Translations under genes and position numbers: made by a program
Notes under the pieces: model-generated
What the model was told of the DNA's origin: nothing
Databases searched by the model: none
Seen by the model: the letters and a program-made list of their open reading frames with translations, nothing else
Shown here: one piece after another, positions 1 to 8,707 of the stretch
Position numbering within the stretch: the stretch's first letter is position 1
How the letters are laid out: each line of letters starts with the position of its first letter
Assembly (NCBI GenBank): GCA_030549845.1
Contig: JAUQQN010000001.1
Coordinates: forward strand, 270,596 to 302,595
Reading direction: 5' to 3'
DNA length: 32,000 nucleotides
DNA from: Patescibacteria group bacterium
GTDB lineage: Bacteria > Patescibacteriota > Minisyncoccia > UBA6257 > HR35

Positions 1-1
1 A

Positions 2-1456
2 AAGTCACCAAAATATTATGAACCAACAAATGAAAATAATCTAAAAAGATTAAAAGAAAGAAGGGATTTAATTTTAAAAAGATTATTAGATTTGAAATGG
101 ATAAGCGATGATGAGTATACTCAAGCTGTAAACAGTGAATTAAAAATCACCAAAAAGAAATATACAAAAATTGCTGCCCCTCATTTTGTTATTGAAGTTA
201 AAAAAATATTAGAAAATATGTTTCCTAATAAAAATCTAGAAAATTCTGGTTTTAAGGTAATTACAACTTTGAATTATAACTATCAAAAAATTGCTGAAGA
301 AGTTGTTAAAGAAGGAGCATTAAAAAATGAGGAAAAAAGTGGTGCTAGAAATGCTGCTCTTTTAATGATGGACACAAAAACTGGGGAAATATTAGCTATG
401 GTAGGATCTAGAGATTTTTTTGATGAGTCTATTCAAGGACAAGTTAATATGACTACTGCACCTCGGCAACCTGGATCTGCATTCAAGCCAATATCATATG
501 TTACATTATTTCAGTTAGGTTATCCGATAGAGACAATAGTTTTTGATGTGCCTACAAATTTTGGTACTCCAGAAAATCCTTATTTCCCTAAAAATTTTGA
601 TGAAAGATTTAGGGGACCTGTAGATTTAAAAACAGCATTAGCACAATCTATTAATGTACCTGCTGTTAAAGTATTTTACTTAGCTGGGCCAGAAAGAGTA
701 ATAGAAAATGCAAAAAAGTTTGGGATTACAACCTTAAAAGACCCTCAGTATTATGGGCTTTCTTTAGCTTTAGGTAGCGCTGAAGTAAAAATGATAGATT
801 TAGTAAAAGCTTATAGTGTATTTGCAAATGATGGAGAACTTGTAAGTCAAAGTTTAATTTTGAAAATTTATGACCATAACAATAATTTAATTTATGAATA
901 TAAACCTGAAAGAAAAAGAGTAATAGATAGTCAGCCAGTTAGAATGTTAAATTTTATATTAAAAGATTACGAAGCTAGGAGAGGTTTACTTGTTGCTTCT
1001 TTACCATTGACCAAAATCGATGATTATGAAATTGCTATAAAAACAGGAACTAGTGAATATTATAGAGATGCTTGGACAATTGGCTATACTCCTAATTTTG
1101 TTGTAGCAGTGTGGGCAGGGAACACTGATGGAAAACCTACAAAAAAAGGAGCAAGTATTGTGGCTACCCTTCCTATATGGCATAATTTTGTAAAACAAAT
1201 TATCAAAGATTATCCAAAAACAAAATTTTTAGAACCATTACCAGTAAGAGTAAATAAACCTATGTTAAATGGTAAGTGGTATGATGAAATTTACGGGGTT
1301 CATGAAATTTTACATTATGTGGATAGAAACAATCCTTTAGGTCCTATTCCTTCTAACCCCTATAAAGATCCTCAATATATAAAGTGGGAATCTGCTCTCC
1401 AAATTTGGCTTAATCAACAAGGATTTTTACTGAATACCCTTCAAAAAAAACTTTAA
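2..1456 (+). CDS. Class A penicillin-binding protein (PBP1A-like), linker plus transpeptidase domain; 5'-truncated by the window edge
   Basis: The frame is open from position 2 with no stop, so the TTG at 92 is only the first in-window start. Transpeptidase motifs are present: SxxK (GSAFKP), SxN (QSINVP) and KTG (IKTGTS). Confidence 0.85.
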   Translation, partial: KSPKYYEPTNENNLKRLKERRDLILKRLLDLKWISDDEYTQAVNSELKITKKKYTKIAAPHFVIEVKKILENMFPNKNLENSGFKVITTLNYNYQKIAEEVVKEGALKNEEKSGARNAALLMMDTKTGEILAMVGSRDFFDESIQGQVNMTTAPRQPGSAFKPISYVTLFQLGYPIETIVFDVPTNFGTPENPYFPKNFDERFRGPVDLKTALAQSINVPAVKVFYLAGPERVIENAKKFGITTLKDPQYYGLSLALGSAEVKMIDLVKAYSVFANDGELVSQSLILKIYDHNNNLIYEYKPERKRVIDSQPVRMLNFILKDYEARRGLLVASLPLTKIDDYEIAIKTGTSEYYRDAWTIGYTPNFVVAVWAGNTDGKPTKKGASIVATLPIWHNFVKQIIKDYPKTKFLEPLPVRVNKPMLNGKWYDEIYGVHEILHYVDRNNPLGPIPSNPYKDPQYIKWESALQIWLNQQGFLLNTLQKKL

Positions 1457-1631
1457 CCATACTTTCAAGTTTTTTTATCTCTTCAAAATTTGGTCTTTTG
1501 TCTATCCTTAAGTAGATATTTTTGTTTTTATGATCAACCTTGATATAAATCTTGTAGTGAGGTGGTATTTCTTTTTTTAAATTTTCTACCAATTCTAAAA
1601 GTTTTGATTTTCTAATTTCAATACGCTCCAT
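1410..1631 (-). CDS. Small hypothetical protein (73 aa) translationally coupled to dnaN
   Basis: Its ATG (1629-1631) shares one nt with the dnaN stop (1631-1633), giving TAATG. I recognise no family. The 3' end overlaps the convergent PBP gene by 47 nt. Confidence 0.45.
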   Translation of the reverse strand: MERIEIRKSKLLELVENLKKEIPPHYKIYIKVDHKNKNIYLRIDKRPNFEEIKKLESMVKVFFEGYSVKILVD

Positions 1632-2758
1632 TAAATTGGCATTAATATATAAATAAAATCTTCTTCTAGGGGTGATTTCAAAAGAATAGGTTTTATTCCA
1701 TATTCTGATGGTAAATTAATACCAACAAAAACTTTCTCACTATCTATATTTTTAATACCTTCATACAAAAAATCAATATTAAAAGACATTTCTACTTTTT
1801 CTTCGTTATCTAATTTTTCCAAATCTATTCCTATAGTATTTTTTGTTTCACCAAGTAAATCATTTTTTGAATAAAATTCTATTGTTTTTTCCTTGGTATT
1901 AATAGTTACCTTTAGTTCTTTTGATTGATCTGTGTATACTTTATTCAATTTCAAAGCCTTTAAACTTTCATCTCTGTTTATATAGAAGATAATATTGAAA
2001 TCTTTGGGGATAACTTGTTGATAATCTGGATAATCTATAGTTAATAATTTTGTTAATAAAACCTGATCATCTAAATCAAAGGTAATTTGAGCTTTCTCTA
2101 TATAAATTCTTAATTTTAATGGTTTCTTCTTTATTTTTAAATACTCAGTAATTATTCTTTCTGGAATCAAGATTTTTTCTTCTTGGATATTAGTAATAAC
2201 TAAATCTTTTTTAAATTTAACCTCAGATAATCTTATAGTATCAGTAGTTACAAGCTTGACATAATTATTATCAATCACCATATAAACCCCAGCAAATTCT
2301 GGTTTTATTATATTTGCAGTTTTTATATTCCCATAAATTTTTTCTAAATAACCTTCAAAAAGTCTATTTTCTATTTCTAAATAAATATCCTCATTGTAAT
2401 CAGGTATTAATGGATACTCTTCTTCTGAAACACCTGGTAGATTTGAAATACTTGATTTACTTTTAATCAATAAATTATTTTCTGTGCTTTCTAAAGTTAT
2501 ATCTTCTTCAAAAAAATTTTGAAGAACTTCATAAAATTGTTTTGCTGGTATTAAAACCACTCCTTCTTCAATTATTTTTTTAGGTAAAACAGAGGCTTTA
2601 TATGAAATTTCTAAATCAGTTGCAAATATATTTAATTTTTCTCCTTTTGCTTCTAATTTAAAAAAATTCAAAACACTTAAATCAGTCTTTTTTGGACAAA
2701 TTCTATTAACTACTGTTATTTTATCTAGTAATGATGTTTTTGATATATTTACTTTCAT
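1631..2758 (-). CDS. dnaN: DNA polymerase III beta sliding clamp
   Basis: 375 aa, immediately downstream of dnaA. It has the clamp-typical N-terminus and an ATDLEIS motif (NIFATDLEISYK), and its length suits the three-domain clamp. Confidence 0.9.
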   Translation of the reverse strand: MKVNISKTSLLDKITVVNRICPKKTDLSVLNFFKLEAKGEKLNIFATDLEISYKASVLPKKIIEEGVVLIPAKQFYEVLQNFFEEDITLESTENNLLIKSKSSISNLPGVSEEEYPLIPDYNEDIYLEIENRLFEGYLEKIYGNIKTANIIKPEFAGVYMVIDNNYVKLVTTDTIRLSEVKFKKDLVITNIQEEKILIPERIITEYLKIKKKPLKLRIYIEKAQITFDLDDQVLLTKLLTIDYPDYQQVIPKDFNIIFYINRDESLKALKLNKVYTDQSKELKVTINTKEKTIEFYSKNDLLGETKNTIGIDLEKLDNEEKVEMSFNIDFLYEGIKNIDSEKVFVGINLPSEYGIKPILLKSPLEEDFIYILMPI

Positions 2759-2855
2759 AATAATAATAAAGTTTAAAATTGTGGATTTAATTACAAATTA
2801 ATTAAAAATTATACAATTTTTCATAAAAACTTTTTGTGGATGAAATGTTAATTAA
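2759..2855. promoter_or_regulatory. Candidate oriC / DnaA-box region in the dnaA-dnaN spacer
   Basis: 97-nt AT-rich spacer with two same-orientation DnaA-box-like 9-mers: TGTGGATTT (2780-2788) and TGTGGATGA (2835-2843). Their reverse complements, AAATCCACA and TCATCCACA, match TTATCCACA at 7/9 and 8/9. They lie 55 bp apart. Confidence 0.5.
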
Positions 2856-4205
2856 TTATTCATTTAAAATCCTGTTCTTTAAAACTTCTATTTCTTGAAA
2901 TAAATCGAAGCTTTCTTGAATTTCTTTTTCAATTTTTTCGCAAGAATATAAAACTGTTGTATGGTCTCTTTTGTTTAATAATTCACCTATTGAATTATAA
3001 GATAATTTCCCTATTTCTCTTAATAAATACATTGCAACTTGTCTTGGTTTAATGAGTTCCTTTTTCCTTATTTTTTTAGTTAAATCTTCTTCTTTTATAT
3101 TGTAAAATTCAGCTACTATTTTGAGAATTTTTTTAGGTGAAATAGTTTTTATATTATGCCTTTGATATTCTTTAATAAGAGTTTCAATTTTTTCTGGTGT
3201 AGCATCCTTTAAAGACCTTAATTTAAAAGCGGTATAATTTAAAGCTCCTTCTAGCTCTCTTATATTTTTTGTAATTTTTTGAGCAATTATTTCTAAAATA
3301 TAATCCGGTAAATAATAAGCCCTTTCTTGGTTTTTAAGTCTTAAAATAGCAAATCTTGTTTCAAAATCAGGAGGTGTAATATCTATTACTAAACCACCTT
3401 CAAATCTAGATTGTAGTCTTTCTTCAATATCAGGTATCATTTTAGGAGGTCTATCTGATGAAAAAACTATTTGTTTTCTTGCATTATATAACTCATTAAA
3501 TGTATGAAAAAGCTCTTCTTGTGATTTGGTTTTACCTGAAAGAAAATGGACATCATCTAAAATTAGAACATCAACTTCTCTAAACTTCTGCCTAAATTCT
3601 TCTATATTTTGGTTTTTTAATGTATTTATAAGCTCATTAGTAAATTGTTCTGTTGTAGCATACCTCACTTTTTTAGTTGTGCTGTATTTTTTGACAATTT
3701 CATTCCCAATTGCTTGTAAAAGATGTGTTTTACCTAAACCAACTCCACCCCAAATAAAAAGAGGATTAAATTTTTCACCCAAATTATTTACTACACCTTG
3801 CGCAGCTGCAAACGCTAACTCATTATTACTTCCTACTACAAAATTTTCAAAAGTATATTTTGGATTAAGGTTAGTAGAAGGGCTTACCTCAAAAATTGTT
3901 ATTTTTTGACTAAAAAGATATTTTCTAATTCTTGTCTTTTTAACTTCATTGCTGCTTATTATGTATTCTATTGATTTAAGTTCTTTAAAAACTTCTTTAG
4001 CTGTTTTTAATAAAATTACATGGAATTTATTTTCTAACCAATTTTTCACTAGTTTATTAGGAACTTCTAGTTGTAATATTCCGTTTAAAATCTGAAGAGG
4101 TACAACATTACTAAACCAAGTTTTAATTGTTGGTTTTGATACTCTTTCTTCTAAAATTGTTATAATTTTTTGCCAACCAGTATTTAAATCAAGTTTATCT
4201 TCCAT
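2856..4205 (-). CDS. dnaA: Chromosomal replication initiator DnaA
   Basis: Walker A GGVGLGKTHLL, Walker B VLILDDVHFL, and a C-terminal DnaA-box-binding domain (KPRQVAMYLLRE...DHTTVLYSCEKI). The rpmH/dnaA/dnaN synteny is classic. Confidence 0.97.
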   Translation of the reverse strand: MEDKLDLNTGWQKIITILEERVSKPTIKTWFSNVVPLQILNGILQLEVPNKLVKNWLENKFHVILLKTAKEVFKELKSIEYIISSNEVKKTRIRKYLFSQKITIFEVSPSTNLNPKYTFENFVVGSNNELAFAAAQGVVNNLGEKFNPLFIWGGVGLGKTHLLQAIGNEIVKKYSTTKKVRYATTEQFTNELINTLKNQNIEEFRQKFREVDVLILDDVHFLSGKTKSQEELFHTFNELYNARKQIVFSSDRPPKMIPDIEERLQSRFEGGLVIDITPPDFETRFAILRLKNQERAYYLPDYILEIIAQKITKNIRELEGALNYTAFKLRSLKDATPEKIETLIKEYQRHNIKTISPKKILKIVAEFYNIKEEDLTKKIRKKELIKPRQVAMYLLREIGKLSYNSIGELLNKRDHTTVLYSCEKIEKEIQESFDLFQEIEVLKNRILNE

Positions 4206-4240
4206 ATTTTAAAAATTATATTATAATAAATTTACTGGGA

Positions 4241-4357
4241 ATGAATACGGTTAAAAAGAAAAAAAAGAAAACAGGATTTTTAGCAAGGTCAAGTTATAAA
4301 GCAGGGAGAAAAATTTTGCAGAGAAGAAGGAGAAAAGGTAGGAAAAGATTAGCTTAA
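4241..4357 (+). CDS. rpmH: 50S ribosomal protein L34 (38 aa), not in the supplied ORF track
   Basis: Hand translation gives MNTVKKKKKKTGFLARSSYKAGRKILQRRRRKGRKRLA*. It carries the L34 signature GF.AR....GRK.L.RRR.KGRK.L. The stop TAA (4355-4357) overlaps the rnpA ATG as TAATG. A TATAAT lies at 4222-4227. Confidence 0.9.
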   Translation: MNTVKKKKKKTGFLARSSYKAGRKILQRRRRKGRKRLA

Positions 4358-4695
4358 TGCTTCCGAAAAAATATAAATTAAAGAAAATAGACTTTGAAAA
4401 TATTTTTAAAGTGGCGAAAAAATTTAATAATGAATATTTTGTGGTTTTAAAAGTAAATAAATTAGAAAAAAAATTTGGAGTATTTCCAAGTTTAAAAGAA
4501 TTTAAAAAGGCGGTAGAGAGAAATAAAATCAAAAGGAGGATATTTGAAATTATAAGATTAAATTTTGATAAAATACCTTTAGGGTGGTTTTTAATTTTTC
4601 CAAAAAAGAATTGTTTAAAATTAAACTTTGAAGAATTAAAGAAAAAATTGTTAGAAATAATTATTAACATAAAATCCACAAATTATTCACAATGA
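4357..4695 (+). CDS. rnpA: RNase P protein component
   Basis: Sits between rpmH and yidC. The conserved RNR motif is present (KAVERNKIKRRIFE), and the protein is basic and ~110 aa. Confidence 0.88.
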   Translation: MLPKKYKLKKIDFENIFKVAKKFNNEYFVVLKVNKLEKKFGVFPSLKEFKKAVERNKIKRRIFEIIRLNFDKIPLGWFLIFPKKNCLKLNFEELKKKLLEIIINIKSTNYSQ

Positions 4696-5318
4696 AAGAA
4701 ATTTTTTACGGAATTTTCGTTCATCCGCTTGTAGTTATTCTTTTAACTATTTATTTGTTTTTGAATGATTTTGGAATCACGATAATTTTAATGAGTCTTT
4801 TGTTAAAAATATTTTTAAGTCCACTTTCTTTTTTACAATATTTGGAAGAGAAGAAACTAAAAAAAATACGGGAAAGAGTTAATAAGGAAACTATAAATAT
4901 AAAAGATTTTATAAAAAAAGTTGAAATTATGAATAAAATTTACGAAGAAGAAAAATTCAGTCCATTTAAAAATATTTTGATTAACTTTTCTTTAATTCCA
5001 TTTTACTTAGGAGCAATTCTAGCAATTTATGAATTAGTTAAAACAATCCCAAACGCTTTATTTTTGAATTATGTAAATTTACTAAAACCGAATATTTATC
5101 TGGCTTTTATCACAACATTTTTTAATTTTTATTATGCTTATAACCAACCAGGAGAAAATAGGAAAATTATGTTTTTTATTTTTGGAGTGCTTTCAGTAAT
5201 ACTTTTTACTTTACCATCCTTTTTAATTTTATATATATTAACTTCGATTATTTTGAGTTTTTTAGAGAGAAAGATTTTCGATTGGTACTACGTAAAGTTT
5301 ATTATCAAATCTGTTTAA
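4692..5318 (+). CDS. yidC: Minimal YidC/Oxa1-family membrane insertase (208 aa)
   Basis: ATGA overlap with rnpA. It has multiple TM helices, and the first TM (ITIILMSLLLKIFLSPLSFLQ) is followed by a basic amphipathic segment, as in short YidC proteins. Synteny is canonical. Confidence 0.8.
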   Translation: MKEIFYGIFVHPLVVILLTIYLFLNDFGITIILMSLLLKIFLSPLSFLQYLEEKKLKKIRERVNKETINIKDFIKKVEIMNKIYEEEKFSPFKNILINFSLIPFYLGAILAIYELVKTIPNALFLNYVNLLKPNIYLAFITTFFNFYYAYNQPGENRKIMFFIFGVLSVILFTLPSFLILYILTSIILSFLERKIFDWYYVKFIIKSV

Positions 5319-6341
5319 AAATATTACACCTAAAGGAGTTATAACAGGTTGTAAAATATCAAATTTTCCATCTAAATCAAAATACTTAAGTTCGTTTTTA
5401 ATTGGATCAAAAATTACTAATCTATCATTAAAGTTTTCTTTGTAATAATACCACCTTGTTAAATCAGTGATAGACTGATTTAAGGGAACGCCACAAACAA
5501 GCTTTGTTTTAAATGTACATTTTTCTTTTAATGTTCCAAAATTGAATTCTTTAAGTTTAATCCCTTTTGAGTTAATTAAATAACTTTTCCATTCTTTTTC
5601 TAATAAAGAAACAAAAATCAAGTCTTTTTTGTTAGATAATGCACTTAAATTAATGCCATTTTCTAATAAAATTGTTTTTTCTCCTCTTTTGTTAATAAGA
5701 ATTAATGGTGAAGAATATGTATATTTTAAGTTTTCATAAACTAAGATACCATTCTCAATTACATCAAACTCAGGGTTTAAAATATAAATATCTACAAAAG
5801 GTTCTAGAGATTTTTTAAAGGTTGCTAAATAAGAAAATTCATTTGTTAATACATAGATATATAAATCATCTCCATACCAAAATGTTTTTTTAGTGCTTCT
5901 TGGAAGTTTTTCTATTCTATCTTTTGTGGTATCTAATAAATAATAATCTTCATCTTTTTTAAAAATAATTTTCGTTTTTGAATTAGAAAAAGAGATATTT
6001 TTAATACCCTCTTTTTTATAAAATTCTTTATAAGTTTTATCTTCTATATTTATTTCTTTAATAGTTTTTGACTCTGGATCATAAGCATATATATAAGGAT
6101 AATCTATTTCAGGATATAATAAAATTTTTTCATAAAGAATATTAGGTTTTTTTACTTCTTTTTGTTCAATTCCTCCAACCGAAGGAGAAGGCTCTTCGAT
6201 ACTTTCTTCTATAGTTTTTTCTTCTGTTATTTTAATTTCCTCAGGTTGTTTTGGTTTCAATTCTTTATAAAAGTAAAAAATAAAGCTTATGAATAAGATC
6301 AAAACTAAAACGAAGAAAATTTTTTTAACTGTACCTATCAT
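5262..6341 (-). CDS. Hypothetical N-terminally membrane-anchored extracytoplasmic protein; last gene of the T4SS-like operon
   Basis: N-terminal TM (IFFVLVLILFISFIFYF), an acidic linker, then a beta-rich repetitive body. ATGA overlap with the upstream gene. The 3' end overlaps convergent yidC by 57 nt. Confidence 0.6.
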   Translation of the reverse strand: MIGTVKKIFFVLVLILFISFIFYFYKELKPKQPEEIKITEEKTIEESIEEPSPSVGGIEQKEVKKPNILYEKILLYPEIDYPYIYAYDPESKTIKEINIEDKTYKEFYKKEGIKNISFSNSKTKIIFKKDEDYYLLDTTKDRIEKLPRSTKKTFWYGDDLYIYVLTNEFSYLATFKKSLEPFVDIYILNPEFDVIENGILVYENLKYTYSSPLILINKRGEKTILLENGINLSALSNKKDLIFVSLLEKEWKSYLINSKGIKLKEFNFGTLKEKCTFKTKLVCGVPLNQSITDLTRWYYYKENFNDRLVIFDPIKNELKYFDLDGKFDILQPVITPLGVIFLNRFDNKLYVVPIENLSL

Positions 6342-6970
6342 TTTTTTCTTTTTATAAAATAAATTATAAGAACAAAAACCAAAATAGCCCCAATTGTTGC
6401 TAAAGTTATCAAAAAAATATTAGAGAAAATTTTAGAAGGCAAGGGAATTTCTTTTTCAGTAGTTTTTGTTACCACTTTAAATTGTGTGGTTATAGGAACT
6501 AACTCCTTTATTGGTTGAGAAAATGGATAATTTGGGTTTTTTGCTGTTTTACAATCTAAGGGACATAAATTTTCTTCTCCTGGTTCACATATATTATTTT
6601 CATTACAAATTGTTAACCCTGATAAATCTAAATTTTCTTTTTGGTTATTTTTTGCATTGATTAGTTCTATTTTACTTAAATTTAAATAATTAGGAATTGT
6701 AATAAAATCAAAATAAGGTTCATTACTGGGAGAAAAATAAATTATATCAATAATCTGATTTTTAGTGTTATAAATTAAAAGCAAATAATCTTTGCCATTT
6801 CTATTTACAGTTTCATTACTGTTATTTGAATATTCTGCTCCTTTAAAATAATTGAATTTTATTTCATTATTTTCTTTAATAAAATAGATAGTTAAAAATT
6901 TAGGAAATTCTGTTTCTCCCGTTTCGCTTTCTTCAAGTTCTTCAGGTAAAATTGTTAATATTTTTTTCAT
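6338..6970 (-). CDS. Hypothetical C-tail-anchored protein with a four-Cys CxxxxxxC...CxxxC stalk motif
   Basis: C-terminal TM plus basic tail (IFLITLATIGAILVFVLIIYFIKRKK). The motif CNENNICEPGEENLCPLDC lies at 6551-6607. No obvious signal peptide. Confidence 0.6.
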   Translation of the reverse strand: MKKILTILPEELEESETGETEFPKFLTIYFIKENNEIKFNYFKGAEYSNNSNETVNRNGKDYLLLIYNTKNQIIDIIYFSPSNEPYFDFITIPNYLNLSKIELINAKNNQKENLDLSGLTICNENNICEPGEENLCPLDCKTAKNPNYPFSQPIKELVPITTQFKVVTKTTEKEIPLPSKIFSNIFLITLATIGAILVFVLIIYFIKRKK

Positions 6971-6984
6971 AGATTTATTTTAAA

Positions 6985-8079
6985 TTACTTAAGGTTAACT
7001 TTACCAATTTTACAGACTGTTATATAAGAAGGTTTTATTGATGTGGCATTATTTAAATCTCCTTTACCGAAACCAGCAAATAGATCCAACCAAGCATCAG
7101 CTCCATTTTTTAACCCACCACCTGTATCAGTAACTATCAAAATTTTACTGAAATTAGGATTACAAGAAATTTGAGTCCCATCTTTTTTATTGCACGCTAA
7201 AACCTTTAGGATATCAAAAGCATTAAAAACCATATCATTTCTATTATGAGCTACAGTTATAAGAGGAATTAATGGGCCATAACTTCCATAAATTTTCCCA
7301 GTAAATGACTTTCCAACACTATCTGCTGTAGTTATAGCTTTGTTTTCATCTAAAACATCTTTGTTCTTAATTGATTCTTTTTGGGATGACATTGCTGCAG
7401 GACAATTATGAGGAGGATTTCCTGTGACTTTAATCCAAGTCCATTTCCAACCATATCTACATTTATCTAATTCTTCCCCTGATTTTTTAGATTCATTTAA
7501 AATTTGTATCCCATCCAAGGCATTTAATACTTTCTTTGTTCCAGCAGATCCAAATAACCCTGTTCCTTGCAGGGTGACATCAGAAGAAAACTTATGCCAA
7601 TTATATGTATCTTCATAAAAAGGAATATAATAAGTTGTTAATCTAACCAAATAATTTTTAGATTTACATTCTCTTTGTTGTAATTGATTTATTTCTTCTT
7701 GCGGAATTCCTGTAACAGATATGGTGTAATCTAAATAATTTATAGTAGTAGTGGTAACAGCAACATTTATTGATGGAAGTTGAATGTTAATTATTTTAAA
7801 CATTATTAATCTTGCATTAAATATTTCTGGGTTTATCCAATAAAGCAAAACACCAGAAGAAAAAATAACAATTAAGCCTATAATAGAATTTCTCATCTGT
7901 CTTTTGCCTTCCATTTTTATATCAGGCACAACACTTAATAAGTTCTTAAAAGCTCCTATAAAAAACATAATAAAAGCAATAACAACAGCTAAAGCTACTA
8001 TTAAGTTATAAATAGCTTGAATACATCCTTGTATAGTAACACAACTTGAAGCAATAAACTGTTGTATATCTGGTATCAT
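6985..8079 (-). CDS. Membrane hairpin (VirB2/T4SS-pilin-like) fused to a 3D-domain (MltA-like) peptidoglycan lytic transglycosylase
   Basis: The N-terminus has two hydrophobic helices separated by a charged loop (NLIVALAVVIAFIMFFIGAF...KMEGKRQMRNSIIGLIVIFSSGVLLYWI). The C-terminus carries a 3D-domain hallmark, DTGGGLKNGADAWLDLF (7078-7128), preceded by LTTYYIPFYED...DVTLQGTGLF. Confidence 0.55.
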   Translation of the reverse strand: MIPDIQQFIASSCVTIQGCIQAIYNLIVALAVVIAFIMFFIGAFKNLLSVVPDIKMEGKRQMRNSIIGLIVIFSSGVLLYWINPEIFNARLIMFKIINIQLPSINVAVTTTTINYLDYTISVTGIPQEEINQLQQRECKSKNYLVRLTTYYIPFYEDTYNWHKFSSDVTLQGTGLFGSAGTKKVLNALDGIQILNESKKSGEELDKCRYGWKWTWIKVTGNPPHNCPAAMSSQKESIKNKDVLDENKAITTADSVGKSFTGKIYGSYGPLIPLITVAHNRNDMVFNAFDILKVLACNKKDGTQISCNPNFSKILIVTDTGGGLKNGADAWLDLFAGFGKGDLNNATSIKPSYITVCKIGKVNLK

Positions 8080-8690
8080 TTTTCTATTTTTATTTGGTCT
8101 GAGCTAAATTCAATTGGATTATCTATATTTGTAACAATAACCTTTACTTCGCTTCCATTTTCGAGCCCTTCGGGATCAAATAAAAGGCTGTAATAAAATT
8201 TATTAAAAACATTCCAAGCAATTGATAAGTTATCTGAAGAAAAATTAAATGTCAAAGGAAAAAGTTTTTCATTTTTTTCGATTCTTCCAAAAGGCAAAAC
8301 TACATTAAGTTCTTCTAAGTACCTTACAATAGAAACAGCAGGCAAATTTTTTTGTTTAAAAACAAAACTATATTTCTTGTCAAAACTTAAATCATTTGAA
8401 TAAATTCTTACTTTTCCTGAAAGAAGTTTATTTTTTGATTCGAAGTGCAAAAGTGGTTTATGGGTCTCATACGTTGCTTGGCTTCCTTCAAAAAATAATA
8501 CCCATTCATAATTTAATAAATCAGGCTTATATTTAGAAAAATCTGCTTCAATTCCTATTAAATACTTATCTCCATTTTTCTGAAACGAAAAATAAGCAAA
8601 ATCTTTTTGAGAAAAAACAAGGCTATAAGAAAAAAGCGAGAAAATAAAAATTATGAGTAAAATTTTAATAAATTGTGAATTAATTTTCAT
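8076..8690 (-). CDS. Hypothetical secreted protein (start moved to the internal ATG)
   Basis: The Met at 8688-8690 gives a clean signal peptide, MKINSQFIKILLIIFIFSLFSYSLVFSQ. The longer ORF (to 8786) would overlap the upstream gene by 79 nt. ATGA overlap with the downstream gene. Confidence 0.6.
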   Translation of the reverse strand: MKINSQFIKILLIIFIFSLFSYSLVFSQKDFAYFSFQKNGDKYLIGIEADFSKYKPDLLNYEWVLFFEGSQATYETHKPLLHFESKNKLLSGKVRIYSNDLSFDKKYSFVFKQKNLPAVSIVRYLEELNVVLPFGRIEKNEKLFPLTFNFSSDNLSIAWNVFNKFYYSLLFDPEGLENGSEVKVIVTNIDNPIEFSSDQIKIEK

Positions 8691-8707
8691 AAAATTATTA
8701 TAAAATA

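Noticed and set aside
92-94. TTG at 92 as the start of the PBP gene
   Set aside because: The frame is open back to the window edge, and the upstream residues read as normal PBP1A linker sequence. The gene is 5'-truncated by the window.
4251-4679. 142-aa minus-strand ORF (Phe/Leu/Ser/Asn-rich)
   Set aside because: It is a low-complexity antisense shadow of the Lys-rich rpmH and rnpA genes, which have clear family signatures on the plus strand.
1318-4680. Additional DnaA-box-like 9-mers inside coding DNA: TGTGGATAG at 1318-1326 and AAATCCACA at 4672-4680
   Set aside because: My rough estimate of the chance expectation for such near-matches in 64 kb of two-stranded AT-rich sequence is about one. 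They lie inside the PBP and rnpA coding regions, so I did not call them origin elements.
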